Source: a bacterium (GTDB lineage: Bacteria; SAR324; NAC60-12). Taken from it: a stretch of DNA of 64,000 bases. Positions 38,683 through 49,458 of this stretch are shown one piece after another (the stretch's first letter is position 1; the number at the start of each line of letters is the position of its first letter). Where the stretch lies: contig CBDDTI010000747.1 of the NCBI GenBank assembly GCA_965233585.1, positions 960,001 through 1,024,000 on the forward strand. Direction: 5' to 3'. The notes under the pieces were generated by a model. It had not been told where the DNA came from and searched no databases. It saw only the letters and a program-made list of their open reading frames with translations. The translations under genes and the position numbers were made by a program.

Positions 38683-39213
38683 ATGATTCTTTCAGATAAT
38701 GAACTTCAAAAATTGGTAGATGCTGGTTGCTTGCCAGAGTCTGTCAAAATCGGACCTTCTAGCATTGACCTTTGTTTGTCTCGCTCCTTTAGCCGTCCAG
38801 TTCCAACAGGTGAGCAGATTTCTTTGGGCGAAGATGTCCCGCATCATTCTTTTGAGTCAGAACAACTCGTCTTAGCTCCACAAGAATTTATTCTTGCCAG
38901 TACTGAAGAATTTATCAAAGTTCCCAGTCATCTTGCCGCCTATGTTGAGGGTCGTTCAAGTATTGGTCGTTTAGGTTTACAAGTTCAAAATGCAGGGTTC
39001 ATTGACAGTGGCTTTCATGGAAGAATCACTTTAGAGCTTGCCAATCAAGCCCCCTTTGGTATTGAATTGAAAGCAGGTCTCCGAATCTGCCAAATTGTCT
39101 TTTTAAAAATGACTTCTGCTGCAAGTCAAGTGTATTCAGGAAAATATCAAGGTCAGTTTTTAGCCACTTCAAGCCGTCTTAGCCAAGATGAAGAATTTAG
39201 CGAACAAGGTTGA
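38683..39213 (+). CDS. dcd: dCTP deaminase
   Basis: MILSD, PSSIDL, EGRSSIGRLG, AGFIDSGF.G.ITLE, RICQ. Confidence 0.93.
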   Translation: MILSDNELQKLVDAGCLPESVKIGPSSIDLCLSRSFSRPVPTGEQISLGEDVPHHSFESEQLVLAPQEFILASTEEFIKVPSHLAAYVEGRSSIGRLGLQVQNAGFIDSGFHGRITLELANQAPFGIELKAGLRICQIVFLKMTSAASQVYSGKYQGQFLATSSRLSQDEEFSEQG

Positions 39214-39263
39214 CTATTCACAAATTGAAAAACTTGGGTCAGTTTGATTTGCGTCAAATGGAT

Positions 39264-39737
39264 TCATGTCAAAGTCCCTTTCATTGTCCCTTCTGGATAA
39301 ATATTTTCTAATTGGAAACGAGCCAAGACTTTTTTTTCTAGGCTCAACATCTCCCTTTCTTCTTCTTGTGTTTGGTGGTCATAACCTAGCAAATGGACGC
39401 AGCCATGCACCAGCAACCGAATCGCTTCCGTTTCTGTACTCCATTGATTTTGCTTTGCCTGTGTTCTAACTTTGTCCCATGACAAAGCAAGTTCTCCTAA
39501 ACATTCCTGACTTTCATCAAAATAAGACCATGACAAGATGTCAGTGGGTTTTGAAACGTGACGATATGTTTCATTGAGTTGAGCAAGTTCTTGGTTGGTG
39601 GTGATGTAAAGAGACACGTTTGCATTTGGAACATTCAAAACTTGAGTAATTTTGGACAAAATGTTGTCTATTTTTTTGTGTGATACTAGATTTTGCAAAC
39701 TTTCTGCGATGCGAATGTCTATCATTTGGAATATCAT
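39264..39737 (-). CDS. ybeY: rRNA maturation endoribonuclease
   Basis: PTDILS and HGCVHLLGYDH. Confidence 0.93.
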   Translation of the reverse strand: MIFQMIDIRIAESLQNLVSHKKIDNILSKITQVLNVPNANVSLYITTNQELAQLNETYRHVSKPTDILSWSYFDESQECLGELALSWDKVRTQAKQNQWSTETEAIRLLVHGCVHLLGYDHQTQEEEREMLSLEKKVLARFQLENIYPEGTMKGTLT

Positions 39738-39745
39738 TTGGAATG

Positions 39746-40726
39746 TTAACTTTTTTGAATGTCTGCCGTATTTTGAATGTCAACGATGGCTTGGTCTGCA
39801 TCGTTTTTTTGAAAAATGCGGAGTTTGGCGCTGCGACTTCTTGAGTTTGCTTGCACTTCCTCAACAGAAGGTTTGACAGGCTTGCGGGTGGTGATTTGAC
39901 CTAATGAACGTTTTTGACATTGACAAATGGGCAGACGAGGAGGGCAGAGACACGATTTTTGCCAATGCTTCAAGGTGTGTTTGGTCAGCCTGTCTTCCAG
40001 TGAATGAAAGGCAATCACTGCAAATCGCCCACCAGCTTTGAGCAAAGAAGGGACGAGGTCTAGCAACGTCTCAAGCTCTTGTAACTCTTGATTGACTTCC
40101 ATACGCAATGCCTGAAAGACACGTGTTGCAGGGTGAATTTTGGTTTGCTTTTGTCGGGGGATTGCATCAGCTACCAACTTTGCAAGCTCTCCTGTGGTTT
40201 CAATTACTTTCATCTTTCTGGCATTGACAATATTTTTGACAATGCGTCTGGTGTATCGTTCTTCCCCATATTTCCAAAAAATCTTTTCTAATTCTTCTGC
40301 TTTCATGTCATTGACTAAGTCATAAGCAGTTTTTGATGAAAGTGTTGGACTCATCCGCATATCTAATCTTGCATTTTGCATAAAGGAAAAACCCCTTTCT
40401 GCCACGTCTATTTGAAATGATGACACTCCTAAATCTGCAATGATGTAGTCAAATTGTTGGGAAGTTGGCAATGTTTCTGAAAGGTCAGAAAATCTAGCAT
40501 GTAAGAATTGACATTGAGCTTGGTACGGGTGCAAATTTTTCTTGGCAATGTCCAGTGCAGAAAGGTCTCGGTCTATGCCAATCAACACAAGGTTTGAAAA
40601 GTGTTGAAGAAGAGCTAAGGCATGCCCTCCACCACCTAAGGTGCAGTCTAAGACTGCTTTCGTGGCTTCAGGGGCAAATTGGCAAATCTCACGTTTTAAA
40701 ACAGAAAGATGACGGGGTTCATTCAT
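39746..40726 (-). CDS. rsmH: 16S rRNA m4C1402 methyltransferase
   Basis: DCTLGGGGH, DLGVSS.Q, LDMRM, FHSLEDR, RSRSAKLR; start MNEPRH. Confidence 0.95.
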   Translation of the reverse strand: MNEPRHLSVLKREICQFAPEATKAVLDCTLGGGGHALALLQHFSNLVLIGIDRDLSALDIAKKNLHPYQAQCQFLHARFSDLSETLPTSQQFDYIIADLGVSSFQIDVAERGFSFMQNARLDMRMSPTLSSKTAYDLVNDMKAEELEKIFWKYGEERYTRRIVKNIVNARKMKVIETTGELAKLVADAIPRQKQTKIHPATRVFQALRMEVNQELQELETLLDLVPSLLKAGGRFAVIAFHSLEDRLTKHTLKHWQKSCLCPPRLPICQCQKRSLGQITTRKPVKPSVEEVQANSRSRSAKLRIFQKNDADQAIVDIQNTADIQKS

Positions 40727-41987
40727 AACGGAGAGATTCAGCAGGCAGGAGGCGTGCCGCTTTATTGGCAGGGTAAAGTGTTGCAAAAAAGCAGATTGAG
40801 AAGGCAGACAAGACAATCCATGCGACTTCATCAAAATAAAGAGCAATGGGGATTTTGCCTCCGCCTGGGTAGACTCCAGCAGGGACGTCAATGATTTGAA
40901 AGTTCATCAAAACCCAAGCGGCTAGTAAGCCAAGTAGCAATCCTGAAAGTGAGCCAATCCAACCAATCAATGCACCTTGTAGCATAAAAATCACTCCAAT
41001 ACTGCGGTCTGTTGCCCCAATGGATTTGAGAATGGCAATTTCTTTGGACTTTTCCAAAACCAACATAGTCAATGAGCTTAAAATGTTAAATGACACGACA
41101 ACAATGATTAAAGAAAGTAAGAGAAATAAGCCTATTTTTTCCAGCTTCATCACTTGAAAAATAGACTGATTGTCTGATGCCCAGTTGCTGGTGAGGAATC
41201 TTGGAAATGACTTTTGAAGTTTTTGGGCAATATCTGGGGCTTGTTCCACATGTTCAATACGGATTCCTAAGCCGCTGACATGGTTGGGGATTTGATAGAG
41301 TGTTTGAATGAGCTGGTAGTCCACAAATGACAAGGTTTCGTCATATCCAGAAATCCCTGATTCAAAAATGCCAATGACTTCAATTTGTTTCAGACGAGGG
41401 ACGCTTCCAAGTGGAGTAAGACGTTCTTGGGAAGAGACCAACCTGACAAAATCACCTGTATTGACATTGAGTTTTCTGGCAATTCTTGCACCCAGAATAA
41501 TCCCCCCATCTTTGAGCGAGTGGACAATCTGTGTTCCCATTTCAAGTTGTTGTTCTTCATCAAGTTCTTCTAAGAGACTTAAATCTTGACGCACAAACAG
41601 GGCAATATCGGTGACGTCAAGCTCATGCACTGGGTCAATGCCCCTGATGAGTGTGCCAAGACTTTCTTGCTTTGACATGAGTAAGGTTTGTTTAACAATG
41701 TATGGAGACACAGCAAGCACGCCTTCATGTTCCAAGATTTTTTGATTCATCTCTGGAGAGTTTGCAATGTTGTCTATGACGCCATAGATGTTGATATGAG
41801 GCAAAGAGCCGATGATGGAACGTTGCAGGTTGTCGCGGAAGCCATTCATTAGGGAAATAGCGATGATGAGTGCCGCAACCCCAAGTGCCACCCCAATCAT
41901 GGAAACCCATGTGATGATAGAAATGGAGTGGTCTTTGCGTGGAGAACGGAAGTAACGTAGAGCGACAAAAAGTTCGTAACTGCTCAT
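40719..41987 (-). CDS. Lipoprotein-releasing ABC transporter permease (LolC/E family)
   Basis: FVALRY, GVALGVAALI..MNGF, KEIAILKSIGA, YPA.KAA..P.ESLRYE. Confidence 0.9.
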   Translation of the reverse strand: MSSYELFVALRYFRSPRKDHSISIITWVSMIGVALGVAALIIAISLMNGFRDNLQRSIIGSLPHINIYGVIDNIANSPEMNQKILEHEGVLAVSPYIVKQTLLMSKQESLGTLIRGIDPVHELDVTDIALFVRQDLSLLEELDEEQQLEMGTQIVHSLKDGGIILGARIARKLNVNTGDFVRLVSSQERLTPLGSVPRLKQIEVIGIFESGISGYDETLSFVDYQLIQTLYQIPNHVSGLGIRIEHVEQAPDIAQKLQKSFPRFLTSNWASDNQSIFQVMKLEKIGLFLLLSLIIVVVSFNILSSLTMLVLEKSKEIAILKSIGATDRSIGVIFMLQGALIGWIGSLSGLLLGLLAAWVLMNFQIIDVPAGVYPGGGKIPIALYFDEVAWIVLSAFSICFFATLYPANKAARLLPAESLRYE

Positions 41988-44629
41988 GTTTGGTGAAGCA
42001 AGTTTTGCATGAGTTGAGGAGCTTGTTTGAGTGCGGCAGTCAGTTGGTCAGGGTTTTTGATGCCTGCTTGTGCAAAATGAGCTTTTCCACCTCCTTTGCC
42101 ACCAGCTAGCTGAGCGACACAATTTAGGGCAGTTGGTGCTTGAATCTTTTTGGTGAGAGAATCAGAGACGGCACAAATCAAAGCATGCTTGCCTTTCATC
42201 TCTGCAGATAAAAAGACAATACCAGCAGACATCTGGGAACGTAAAGATTCTGCAAGGTCTCGCAAGACGTCTTGGGATTCTACATTGACAGGTTTTGCAA
42301 TGACTTGAACATCTCCAATCATTTGAGCCTCTTGTAAAAATTGCTCAACGTTGCCAAGCGTGAGTTGTTTCTTGAGTTGGACAAGTTGTTTTTCTAAATC
42401 CCGCTTGTCTTGCATGAGTTGCTGTATTTTTGGGGCAATGGCATCGGTTTCTACATTCAACAATGTTCTCACGTGGGCTAGGGTTTGAAACTCTTGACGG
42501 CAATGTGCTTCTGCTTGTTCCCCTGCCACTGCAACAACTCGCCTGACTCCTGCGGCTAAGGCTGTTTCTGACAAGATTCTGAATGCCCCAATGTCCCCAG
42601 TAGATTTGACGTGGCAGCCACCGCATAGTTCCATAGAATGCTCTTTCATCTTGACCACTCTGACAACAGAGCCGTACTTTTCCCCAAATAACGCAATGAC
42701 TCCAGAGTTGATGGCTTGGTCGTACGATTCTTGATAAATCTCTACATGATGGTTTTCATAGATTCGTTTTTTGACAAAGTTTTCCAGTTGTTCTAAGGTG
42801 TGCTGGCTTAATTTTTCGTGGTGTGTGAAGTCAAACCTTAAATAATCAGGGTTAACAACACTGCCTGCTTGATGCACATCTTCTCCAAGTTCTTGACGCA
42901 ATGCCGCATGAAGCAGATGCGTTGCAGTGTGATGCCTTGTTGCAGATGCACGGAGTTTCTGGTCAATGCTAGCCTGCACAGGTTCTTGGTTTGGTGTGTC
43001 TTGACCTTGACATAAGCAGACAATCCAATCTCCTTTTTTTTGAGTGTCTTTGACCTGCCAAATTGCTTGTCCTTGCTTGATGATGCCTTGATCGCCAACT
43101 TGTCCGCCTCCTTCTGGATAAAAAGGGGATTCTTCCAAAACGACTAACCAGTGCTGGTCTTTTTGTTGAACGTAACGTAACACTTTGGTTTGAATCTCAA
43201 AAGTGTCATATCCTACAAATGTTGTGGAGTTTCCTTCCTGAAGCACCTCCCAGACTTCTGAATCTGCTTGAAATTTGTTGGCACTCCGTGAACGTGTGCG
43301 TTGTTCCTCAAGCATGTGTTCAAAACTTGTCTCATCAAGTTCAAGACCTCTTTCTTCACAAAGCAGCCTTGTCATGTCTATCGGGAATCCGTAAGCATCG
43401 TAAAGTTTAAAGGCATGTTCTCCTGATAGTTGAGTTTGCGTGTTTTTGGCAAATGTTTCAAAAACCTCTAGCCCTCTGTCCAGTGTTTTTTCAAAGAGTC
43501 TTTCTTCATACTCAATGGTTCTTCTGATTTCATCTTGCATCTTGTGGAGTTCAGGAAAAGTTTGCCCCATCAAATGCACTAAAGTTGGCACAAGCTGATA
43601 AAGAAAAGGTTTGGTCTGTCCTAGCTTTCTTCCGTAACGTGAGGCACGCCTTAAAATTCTCCTCAACACATAGCCTCGTCCTTCGTTGGAAGGTCTTGCT
43701 CCGTCTGCAATGGCAAATCCTAAAGAACGTAAGTGGTCGCTGATGACGTAAAATGAAATTTCGTGGGGGCTTCCAATCTTGTATGCTATGCCTGTTTGAG
43801 CGGTAATGGATTCAACAATCGGTTGGAATAAGTCTGTATGGTAATTGGAATCTACACCTTGCAAGACACGGCAGAGTCTCTCTAACCCAAGCCCTGTGTC
43901 AACATGCTTGGCTTGTAAAGTCTTGAGCTGTCCTGTTGCCAGACGTTCATATTGAATGAAGACCAGATTCCAGAGTTCTACAAAACGCCAACAGCCATCA
44001 ACATTGACTGCGCATTGGTGTTGCTGGGACAAAGGGCATGTCCCCTCACCTAAATCAATGTGTAATTCAGAACATGGACCGCATGGACCCACATCTCCCA
44101 TCTCCCAGAAATTATTCTTCTTGCCAAATGACAAAACTTGATGAGGTAAGACTGATGTTTCAGAGATCCAAAAGTCTCTTGCTTCTCTGTCTTCCTCTGT
44201 TCCCTCTTTTTGACAACCTGCAAAGTACGTTGCCCAAAGTTTTTCAACAGGCAGACCAAATTTTTGGGTGCAAAGTTCCCAAGCCCATGCGATAGCTTCT
44301 GCTTTGAAGTAATCGCCCAAAGACCAATTCCCAAGCATCTCAAAAAAAGTATGATGGTAATTGTCACGTCCGACATCTTCTAAATCATTATGCTTTCCAC
44401 TGGCACGGATACATTTCTGGGAGTTGACAGCACGGTTGTAGTCCCGTGAACCAGTCCCCAAAAAGACGTCCTTGAATTGATTCATGCCTGCATTGGTAAA
44501 AAGTAGGGTAGGGTCATCAAGGGGGGCAACAGGGGAACTTCTGACGTGGCGATGGTGACGTTGCTCAAAAAAAGAGATAAATTCACTGCGAATGGAATCA
44601 GCAGTGAAAGAGTGGGGTTGGAAGGTCAT
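41984..44629 (-). CDS. alaS: Alanine--tRNA ligase
   Basis: LLFTNAGMNQFK, HHTFFEMLGNW, HTATHLL, ELCGGCHV. Confidence 0.98.
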   Translation of the reverse strand: MTFQPHSFTADSIRSEFISFFEQRHHRHVRSSPVAPLDDPTLLFTNAGMNQFKDVFLGTGSRDYNRAVNSQKCIRASGKHNDLEDVGRDNYHHTFFEMLGNWSLGDYFKAEAIAWAWELCTQKFGLPVEKLWATYFAGCQKEGTEEDREARDFWISETSVLPHQVLSFGKKNNFWEMGDVGPCGPCSELHIDLGEGTCPLSQQHQCAVNVDGCWRFVELWNLVFIQYERLATGQLKTLQAKHVDTGLGLERLCRVLQGVDSNYHTDLFQPIVESITAQTGIAYKIGSPHEISFYVISDHLRSLGFAIADGARPSNEGRGYVLRRILRRASRYGRKLGQTKPFLYQLVPTLVHLMGQTFPELHKMQDEIRRTIEYEERLFEKTLDRGLEVFETFAKNTQTQLSGEHAFKLYDAYGFPIDMTRLLCEERGLELDETSFEHMLEEQRTRSRSANKFQADSEVWEVLQEGNSTTFVGYDTFEIQTKVLRYVQQKDQHWLVVLEESPFYPEGGGQVGDQGIIKQGQAIWQVKDTQKKGDWIVCLCQGQDTPNQEPVQASIDQKLRASATRHHTATHLLHAALRQELGEDVHQAGSVVNPDYLRFDFTHHEKLSQHTLEQLENFVKKRIYENHHVEIYQESYDQAINSGVIALFGEKYGSVVRVVKMKEHSMELCGGCHVKSTGDIGAFRILSETALAAGVRRVVAVAGEQAEAHCRQEFQTLAHVRTLLNVETDAIAPKIQQLMQDKRDLEKQLVQLKKQLTLGNVEQFLQEAQMIGDVQVIAKPVNVESQDVLRDLAESLRSQMSAGIVFLSAEMKGKHALICAVSDSLTKKIQAPTALNCVAQLAGGKGGGKAHFAQAGIKNPDQLTAALKQAPQLMQNLLHQT

Positions 44630-46857
44630 ACTTGAGTAGGACTCTTGCTTAATTTGTAGGTGTGTTTAGAGTGGCTTTCCAACAGCTTCCAACGAACGAT
44701 TGGAATATCTAAAAGGTGTTCTGCTCTTAAAAAACAGATTTCTGTTTTCTCCTTCGCTTTCGTGTAGTAAGGGTAGGGAATTTCCTTTTCTAACATGTTG
44801 TACTCCCCCCAAAATTCTCTTGCTCTAATCTCTTGGTGTGTTTTGTCAGATGATTTGTCTATGATTTCAACAACACCTTGTCTTAAAAGGTGGACTCCTT
44901 CGGCATATTCGTTGAGCCTCTCACCTGCATTGACGTAGTAAGAATGAAGAGAAAGAGAAAGCTGGTTCTGTACGCTGTATGGAATGGCTTCACAAAACAG
45001 CCATGTACTTTTCAAAAACTCACGATTCCCTGATATACGTAAAATGCTGTCATACAGACCATTTTGTCTGACAAACCGATAATAAACGCGTGAGTGGATT
45101 TCTAAAACCTTCACAGAACTTGCTGCACGGAAGGTGGACTCAAGCGGTACTTCTAAGATTGAGGAAAGCTCGCCCAAAAATGCACCTGCTGAAAAAACAT
45201 TGCCTACGGTGGAGACTTGAATTTGTTCTACATTCCCTGAAAGAATCAAATAAACATATTCTGTCTTGGCGCCTTTTTTTAATAAAATAGACCCTGCATT
45301 GAAGTAGTTGATGCGTCCATTGAGCAAAGTTTCTATCTGATCAACGGCAACGTCAGGAAAATAGGAGTAAAGGCAAGACTCTGCGTAGCGGATATGGTAG
45401 TTGCTTCTGGTAGGGATTAAGACTTCTGTGGTGGCAAACGGGGCTTCTGAACCAATTTCTTTTTCATGGTCAAATAAATCTCGGTTGATATGAGAGAAGA
45501 TAATCTTGTGAGATTCGTCTTCAATAAAGTCATCGGCTGCACCATGAATGAGACCACCCCCAATGTCTATTTTTTTAAGGTCAACATGAGTGAGATAAAG
45601 GCTTTTAATTTTGTCATAAAATTTGTCATAGACATCATCTTTTTCACGGGAGTTATTCGTTTTCTGTTTGTCTAAGATGGTTCTTAATCGTGGCAAAGCG
45701 ATGATGTCTGCCAAGTGAGCGTAAGTGTAGTATTGATTTGCCCAGTGCGCACGGAAGATAAAAAAGCTGGTTTCCACAGGGTGAGGTGAATAGATGGGTT
45801 TGACCTCCAAACCATTGACGTTGTTCCACGAGTCAAAATCTAAATCATGGATTTCAAAGTATCGTGTAAATTCCTTCTCATCGGTGTCAAGTAAGGCACT
45901 GAGCTTCTTCATCACAGAATGCCGAACCATCTTGGTTGCGTAGTATTTGATGCGATGCCCAGACCTCATCAGTGTTGGAATCCCTGCAAAATGGTCATCA
46001 TGGGAGTGCGTGTGAAAAACCCCCTCAACTTCATTGACAGCAATGCCAAGAGCAGTCAGTGAGTAAAGAATGTTGGGACCTGCATCAATCAAATAGATTT
46101 TACCTTGAAACATGACGATACTTCCCATACAAGGACGTTTGACGTCCCAGCCATCTCCTTCGCCTGAATGAATGACCGAAAAGTATTCTCTGTTGACTTC
46201 ATGGTATCCCAGTTGATAGGGGGGTGAGTACGACTCGCCAGACTTTAAGTTGAGGTCTATCTCAACGCTTTCTCCTTGGTAAGAGATTTCAAAGACATTC
46301 AATGCTTTACGTTGAACATGACAGCCTTCTTTTATCTCAGCAGGAGTGTCTCTGTCCACTTTCAAAGTGTCTATCAGACTACTTGCTTCTCTAATTTGAC
46401 CAAATGCAAACTCTAACTTGATCTTCATGTAGATGTCTGCTTGGTTGTCTGCCACCCCTGAATTTTTGATTTCATCTAGGGAGATCAAGCCGTAGTTTCC
46501 GCGATAGATGTAGGCAAGCTGCGATTTGATTTGGCTAGGAGAGCCAATGAGTAAAGGTTTTGACCCATCATTGTTGGGGTGATTTGGCAGGATCATTCCC
46601 TGTCTGTAAAGCATTTGCAAAACGGGAAATTCTGCAAGGTTGGAAAACATACCATTCTGAATCAAGATGTCAGAAAGAAGCACGGCATTTGGACCAGATT
46701 CATAAGTGACTTCTCCTTGATTCCTTTCCACGACGAACCCACAGTTCATCAGATGTTTGACTGAATCAGCAGGACAACCACAGAGGATTCTAAGGTTGAT
46801 TTCAGGAATATGCACCCAATAGACTCCATTCGTTACTCTTGTTTTTTCTATCTTCAT
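44626..46857 (-). CDS. Metallo-beta-lactamase-fold plus cyclic-nucleotide-binding domain protein
   Basis: LIDAGP, HTHSHDDHFAG, HPVET; two cNMP-like segments (LILSG.V..FLGE; GVV..FWGE); start MKIEK. Confidence 0.75.
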   Translation of the reverse strand: MKIEKTRVTNGVYWVHIPEINLRILCGCPADSVKHLMNCGFVVERNQGEVTYESGPNAVLLSDILIQNGMFSNLAEFPVLQMLYRQGMILPNHPNNDGSKPLLIGSPSQIKSQLAYIYRGNYGLISLDEIKNSGVADNQADIYMKIKLEFAFGQIREASSLIDTLKVDRDTPAEIKEGCHVQRKALNVFEISYQGESVEIDLNLKSGESYSPPYQLGYHEVNREYFSVIHSGEGDGWDVKRPCMGSIVMFQGKIYLIDAGPNILYSLTALGIAVNEVEGVFHTHSHDDHFAGIPTLMRSGHRIKYYATKMVRHSVMKKLSALLDTDEKEFTRYFEIHDLDFDSWNNVNGLEVKPIYSPHPVETSFFIFRAHWANQYYTYAHLADIIALPRLRTILDKQKTNNSREKDDVYDKFYDKIKSLYLTHVDLKKIDIGGGLIHGAADDFIEDESHKIIFSHINRDLFDHEKEIGSEAPFATTEVLIPTRSNYHIRYAESCLYSYFPDVAVDQIETLLNGRINYFNAGSILLKKGAKTEYVYLILSGNVEQIQVSTVGNVFSAGAFLGELSSILEVPLESTFRAASSVKVLEIHSRVYYRFVRQNGLYDSILRISGNREFLKSTWLFCEAIPYSVQNQLSLSLHSYYVNAGERLNEYAEGVHLLRQGVVEIIDKSSDKTHQEIRAREFWGEYNMLEKEIPYPYYTKAKEKTEICFLRAEHLLDIPIVRWKLLESHSKHTYKLSKSPTQV

Positions 46858-47061
46858 AGACCTATGTGTAGGATTTTGTTGGTTCTCACACTCAAAACGA
46901 AAAGTCTTATAGACTATCATCAATGAAAAAATAAATCAAAGCAATCATAGACTATTATCAGTAATTAGAAAACAAATCAAAAAAGCTATGACTGAATTTC
47001 TCTTTTGTTTTTAAAAGTTATTGGATACAATCGCATAATTTTTGAGCGTTAAACCTAAATT

Positions 47062-47757
47062 ATGTCCACACTGGTTGTCATTCCAACTTACAATGAGAAG
47101 CATAACATTGCTAAGCTGATGACCAATATTTTTGAAAATGTTCCTGACTCCACCGACGTTCTAGTGGTAGATGATTCATCTCCTGACGGAACAGGTGAGT
47201 TTGTGCAAGAACTGGTAAATCAGAATCAAAGGATTCATTTGTTTTCAAGAGAGGGAAAGCAGGGGCTAGCCAGTGCATACATTCTTGGCTTTCAATGGGG
47301 AATCAAGCAAGGGTATGACTATTTGATTCAGATGGATGCAGATTTTTCGCACCACCCCAAGTATTTGCAGGCAATGATCAAGCATCTGCAAAGTTATGAT
47401 TATGTCATTGGTTCTCGTTATGTGAGTGGTGGCGGAGTTGTCGGTTGGGGTTGGGACAGAAAGTTCATCAGCAGAATGGGAAGTTTCTACGCAAGGCATG
47501 TTTTATGTCTGCCAATACAAGATTTTACTGGTGGTTTTAATGGCTGGAATAGTCAAGTCTTAGAAGTCATCGGTTTAGACCAAATCATCTCAAAAGGATA
47601 CTTGTTTCAGATTGAAATGAAGTATCGTGCCTTTCAAAAAGGTTATCGCTTTTTGGAAATTCCTATCATCTTTGAAGATAGGGTCGCTGGTCATTCAAAA
47701 ATGAATCAAGGTATTTTCTGGGAGGCAGTGACCAAGATATGGGATATTAAAAAATAA
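47062..47757 (+). CDS. Polyprenol monophosphomannose synthase (Dpm1-like GT2)
   Basis: VIPTYNE, VDDSSPDGT, QMDADFSH, GSRY, FQIEMKY. Confidence 0.9.
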   Translation: MSTLVVIPTYNEKHNIAKLMTNIFENVPDSTDVLVVDDSSPDGTGEFVQELVNQNQRIHLFSREGKQGLASAYILGFQWGIKQGYDYLIQMDADFSHHPKYLQAMIKHLQSYDYVIGSRYVSGGGVVGWGWDRKFISRMGSFYARHVLCLPIQDFTGGFNGWNSQVLEVIGLDQIISKGYLFQIEMKYRAFQKGYRFLEIPIIFEDRVAGHSKMNQGIFWEAVTKIWDIKK

Positions 47758-47835
47758 CATGGGGTTTGAAAAATGACGAATCAATAACAAAGATTCAAGC
47801 AAGTTCAGGCTATTGTAGAATCTCATTTTTATCTA

Positions 47836-48252
47836 TTAGTCTAAAAAATCATCTAAATACAAAACATCTATTTCTTCAATAGATTTAAATTGCTTATCAT
47901 TTGTCACGATTGAAGAACAGCCACTTTGTATTGCTGTTGCTATATGAATTGCATCAAAATGTTTGATTCCATACTTTGCTCTGACTTCTGATGATTTAAC
48001 AAGTATATCTCTATTAATTGGAATACTTTCAACTAAAGAATTATAAAAAATCATCTGTATATAAAAGTCTTCCAACTCCTTATTATGATTCATCTTGGGC
48101 TTTACAAGACATTCTGATAAAGTCAACTCACTCGTTGTCACTTGACTACTATTGTTTAGAAAATGATTTGATAAAGTTTGATACTTTTCTATACCTTCCA
48201 CTAAATAAATAAAAATATTTGTATCAAAATACACTCTATTTTGATTTAACAT
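47836..48252 (-). CDS. VapC/PIN-domain toxin, copy 1
   Basis: YFDTN, E, DAIH.ATA, TND acidic PIN motifs. Confidence 0.9.
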   Translation of the reverse strand: MLNQNRVYFDTNIFIYLVEGIEKYQTLSNHFLNNSSQVTTSELTLSECLVKPKMNHNKELEDFYIQMIFYNSLVESIPINRDILVKSSEVRAKYGIKHFDAIHIATAIQSGCSSIVTNDKQFKSIEEIDVLYLDDFLD

Positions 48253-48518
48253 TCTTCTCTTGAATGACGAATGAAAGTATCTACTTCTTCAGCAGTTTCA
48301 AACTCTCTACAATGTTTTGCAATGCCAAACATTGAACGAAGATCAATAGCGACTTTCTCTCTTGGTTGTATCGTTTGGGGTTCTAAGATGATTTTTCCAT
48401 TTTCAGCTCTTGCTTCCAAAGTATCGCCTTCACTAATTCCAATCTCTTTACGAACTGCAACAGGAATTGTAATTTGACATTTTTGTTTCACTTTGACGTA
48501 TGGCATTGCGTTCTCCAT
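48246..48518 (-). CDS. AbrB/MazE-type antitoxin, copy 1
   Basis: QITIP..VR...GI.EGD.L; start may be MPYVKV at 48506. Confidence 0.9.
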   Translation of the reverse strand: MENAMPYVKVKQKCQITIPVAVRKEIGISEGDTLEARAENGKIILEPQTIQPREKVAIDLRSMFGIAKHCREFETAEEVDTFIRHSREEC

Positions 48519-48542
48519 TTTAAGTAAGGGTTAGAAAGTGAG

Positions 48543-48573
48543 ATTTTAGCAGATTCAAATTACATTGTGTCAA
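48543..48573 (-). promoter_or_regulatory. TA promoter, copy 1
   Basis: TTGACA-19 nt-TAAAAT with TG extension; identical in all three modules. Confidence 0.55.
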
Positions 48574-48706
48574 CTTTGTCTTTCTTTTTGTGATTTTGTT
48601 TCTGCTCTTCAGAAAAAGTGCCGAAAAGAATGATTTAGGGCAGGTGGTTTGACTTTGGCCTTTGTTTCTGGAAGGAATCAAGTTGTTTTTCATTTACCTG
48701 ATGATT

Positions 48707-49138
48707 TCAATTTAAAAAATCATCTAAATACAACACGTCTATTTCTTCAATAGATTTGAATTGCCTATCATTCGTCACGATTGAAGAACAACCACTTTGA
48801 ATCGCTGTTGCTATATGAATTGCATCAGGAAGTTTAAAGCTATACTTTGCTTTGATTTCTGATGCTAATATCCATATACCCATATTAGGTTTAACTAACA
48901 ACACATTTTCATTGTCCACAAGAAAATTCAAATAAATTTCTTCTAAAACTTGATCATTTAGCTTTTTAGGCTGAACGAGACACTCTGATATTGTCAATTC
49001 ACTTGTTATAATCTGGTGACCATCTTTGAGTAATGATGAAAAAAATTGATAAATAGAAAATTCATTAATTTCAATTTCTTCTATGACATAAATAAAAATA
49101 TTTGTATCAAAATATATTTTATCGTTCAATGGTTTCAT
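48707..49138 (-). CDS. VapC/PIN-domain toxin, copy 2
   Basis: Same PIN motifs; ATGA overlap with its antitoxin. Confidence 0.9.
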   Translation of the reverse strand: MKPLNDKIYFDTNIFIYVIEEIEINEFSIYQFFSSLLKDGHQIITSELTISECLVQPKKLNDQVLEEIYLNFLVDNENVLLVKPNMGIWILASEIKAKYSFKLPDAIHIATAIQSGCSSIVTNDRQFKSIEEIDVLYLDDFLN

Positions 49139-49404
49139 TCATCTCTCAAACTACGGATATGAATATTCACTTCTTTCTGTGTTTTGAAACTTCTGCAATG
49201 CTTACCAGCACCTATCATTTCAAGTAAGTTCGTTTTTTTCTTTTTTCTTGGTTGTATCGTTTGGGGTTCTAATATGATTTTTCCATTTTCAGCTCTTGCT
49301 TCCAATGTATCGCCTTCGCTGATTCCGACCTCTCTGCGAACGGTAGCAGGAATTGTAATTTGACATTTTTGTTTGACTTTGACATATGGCATTGCGTTCT
49401 CCAT
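49135..49404 (-). CDS. AbrB/MazE-type antitoxin, copy 2
   Basis: Paralog of 48246-48518; track start at 49458 lies inside the promoter. Confidence 0.9.
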   Translation of the reverse strand: MENAMPYVKVKQKCQITIPATVRREVGISEGDTLEARAENGKIILEPQTIQPRKKKKTNLLEMIGAGKHCRSFKTQKEVNIHIRSLRDE

Positions 49405-49427
49405 TTTAAATAAGGTTAGAAAGTGAG

Positions 49428-49458
49428 ATTTTAGCAGATTCAAATTACATTGTGTCAA
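49428..49458 (-). promoter_or_regulatory. TA promoter, copy 2
   Basis: Identical to copy 1. Confidence 0.55.
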
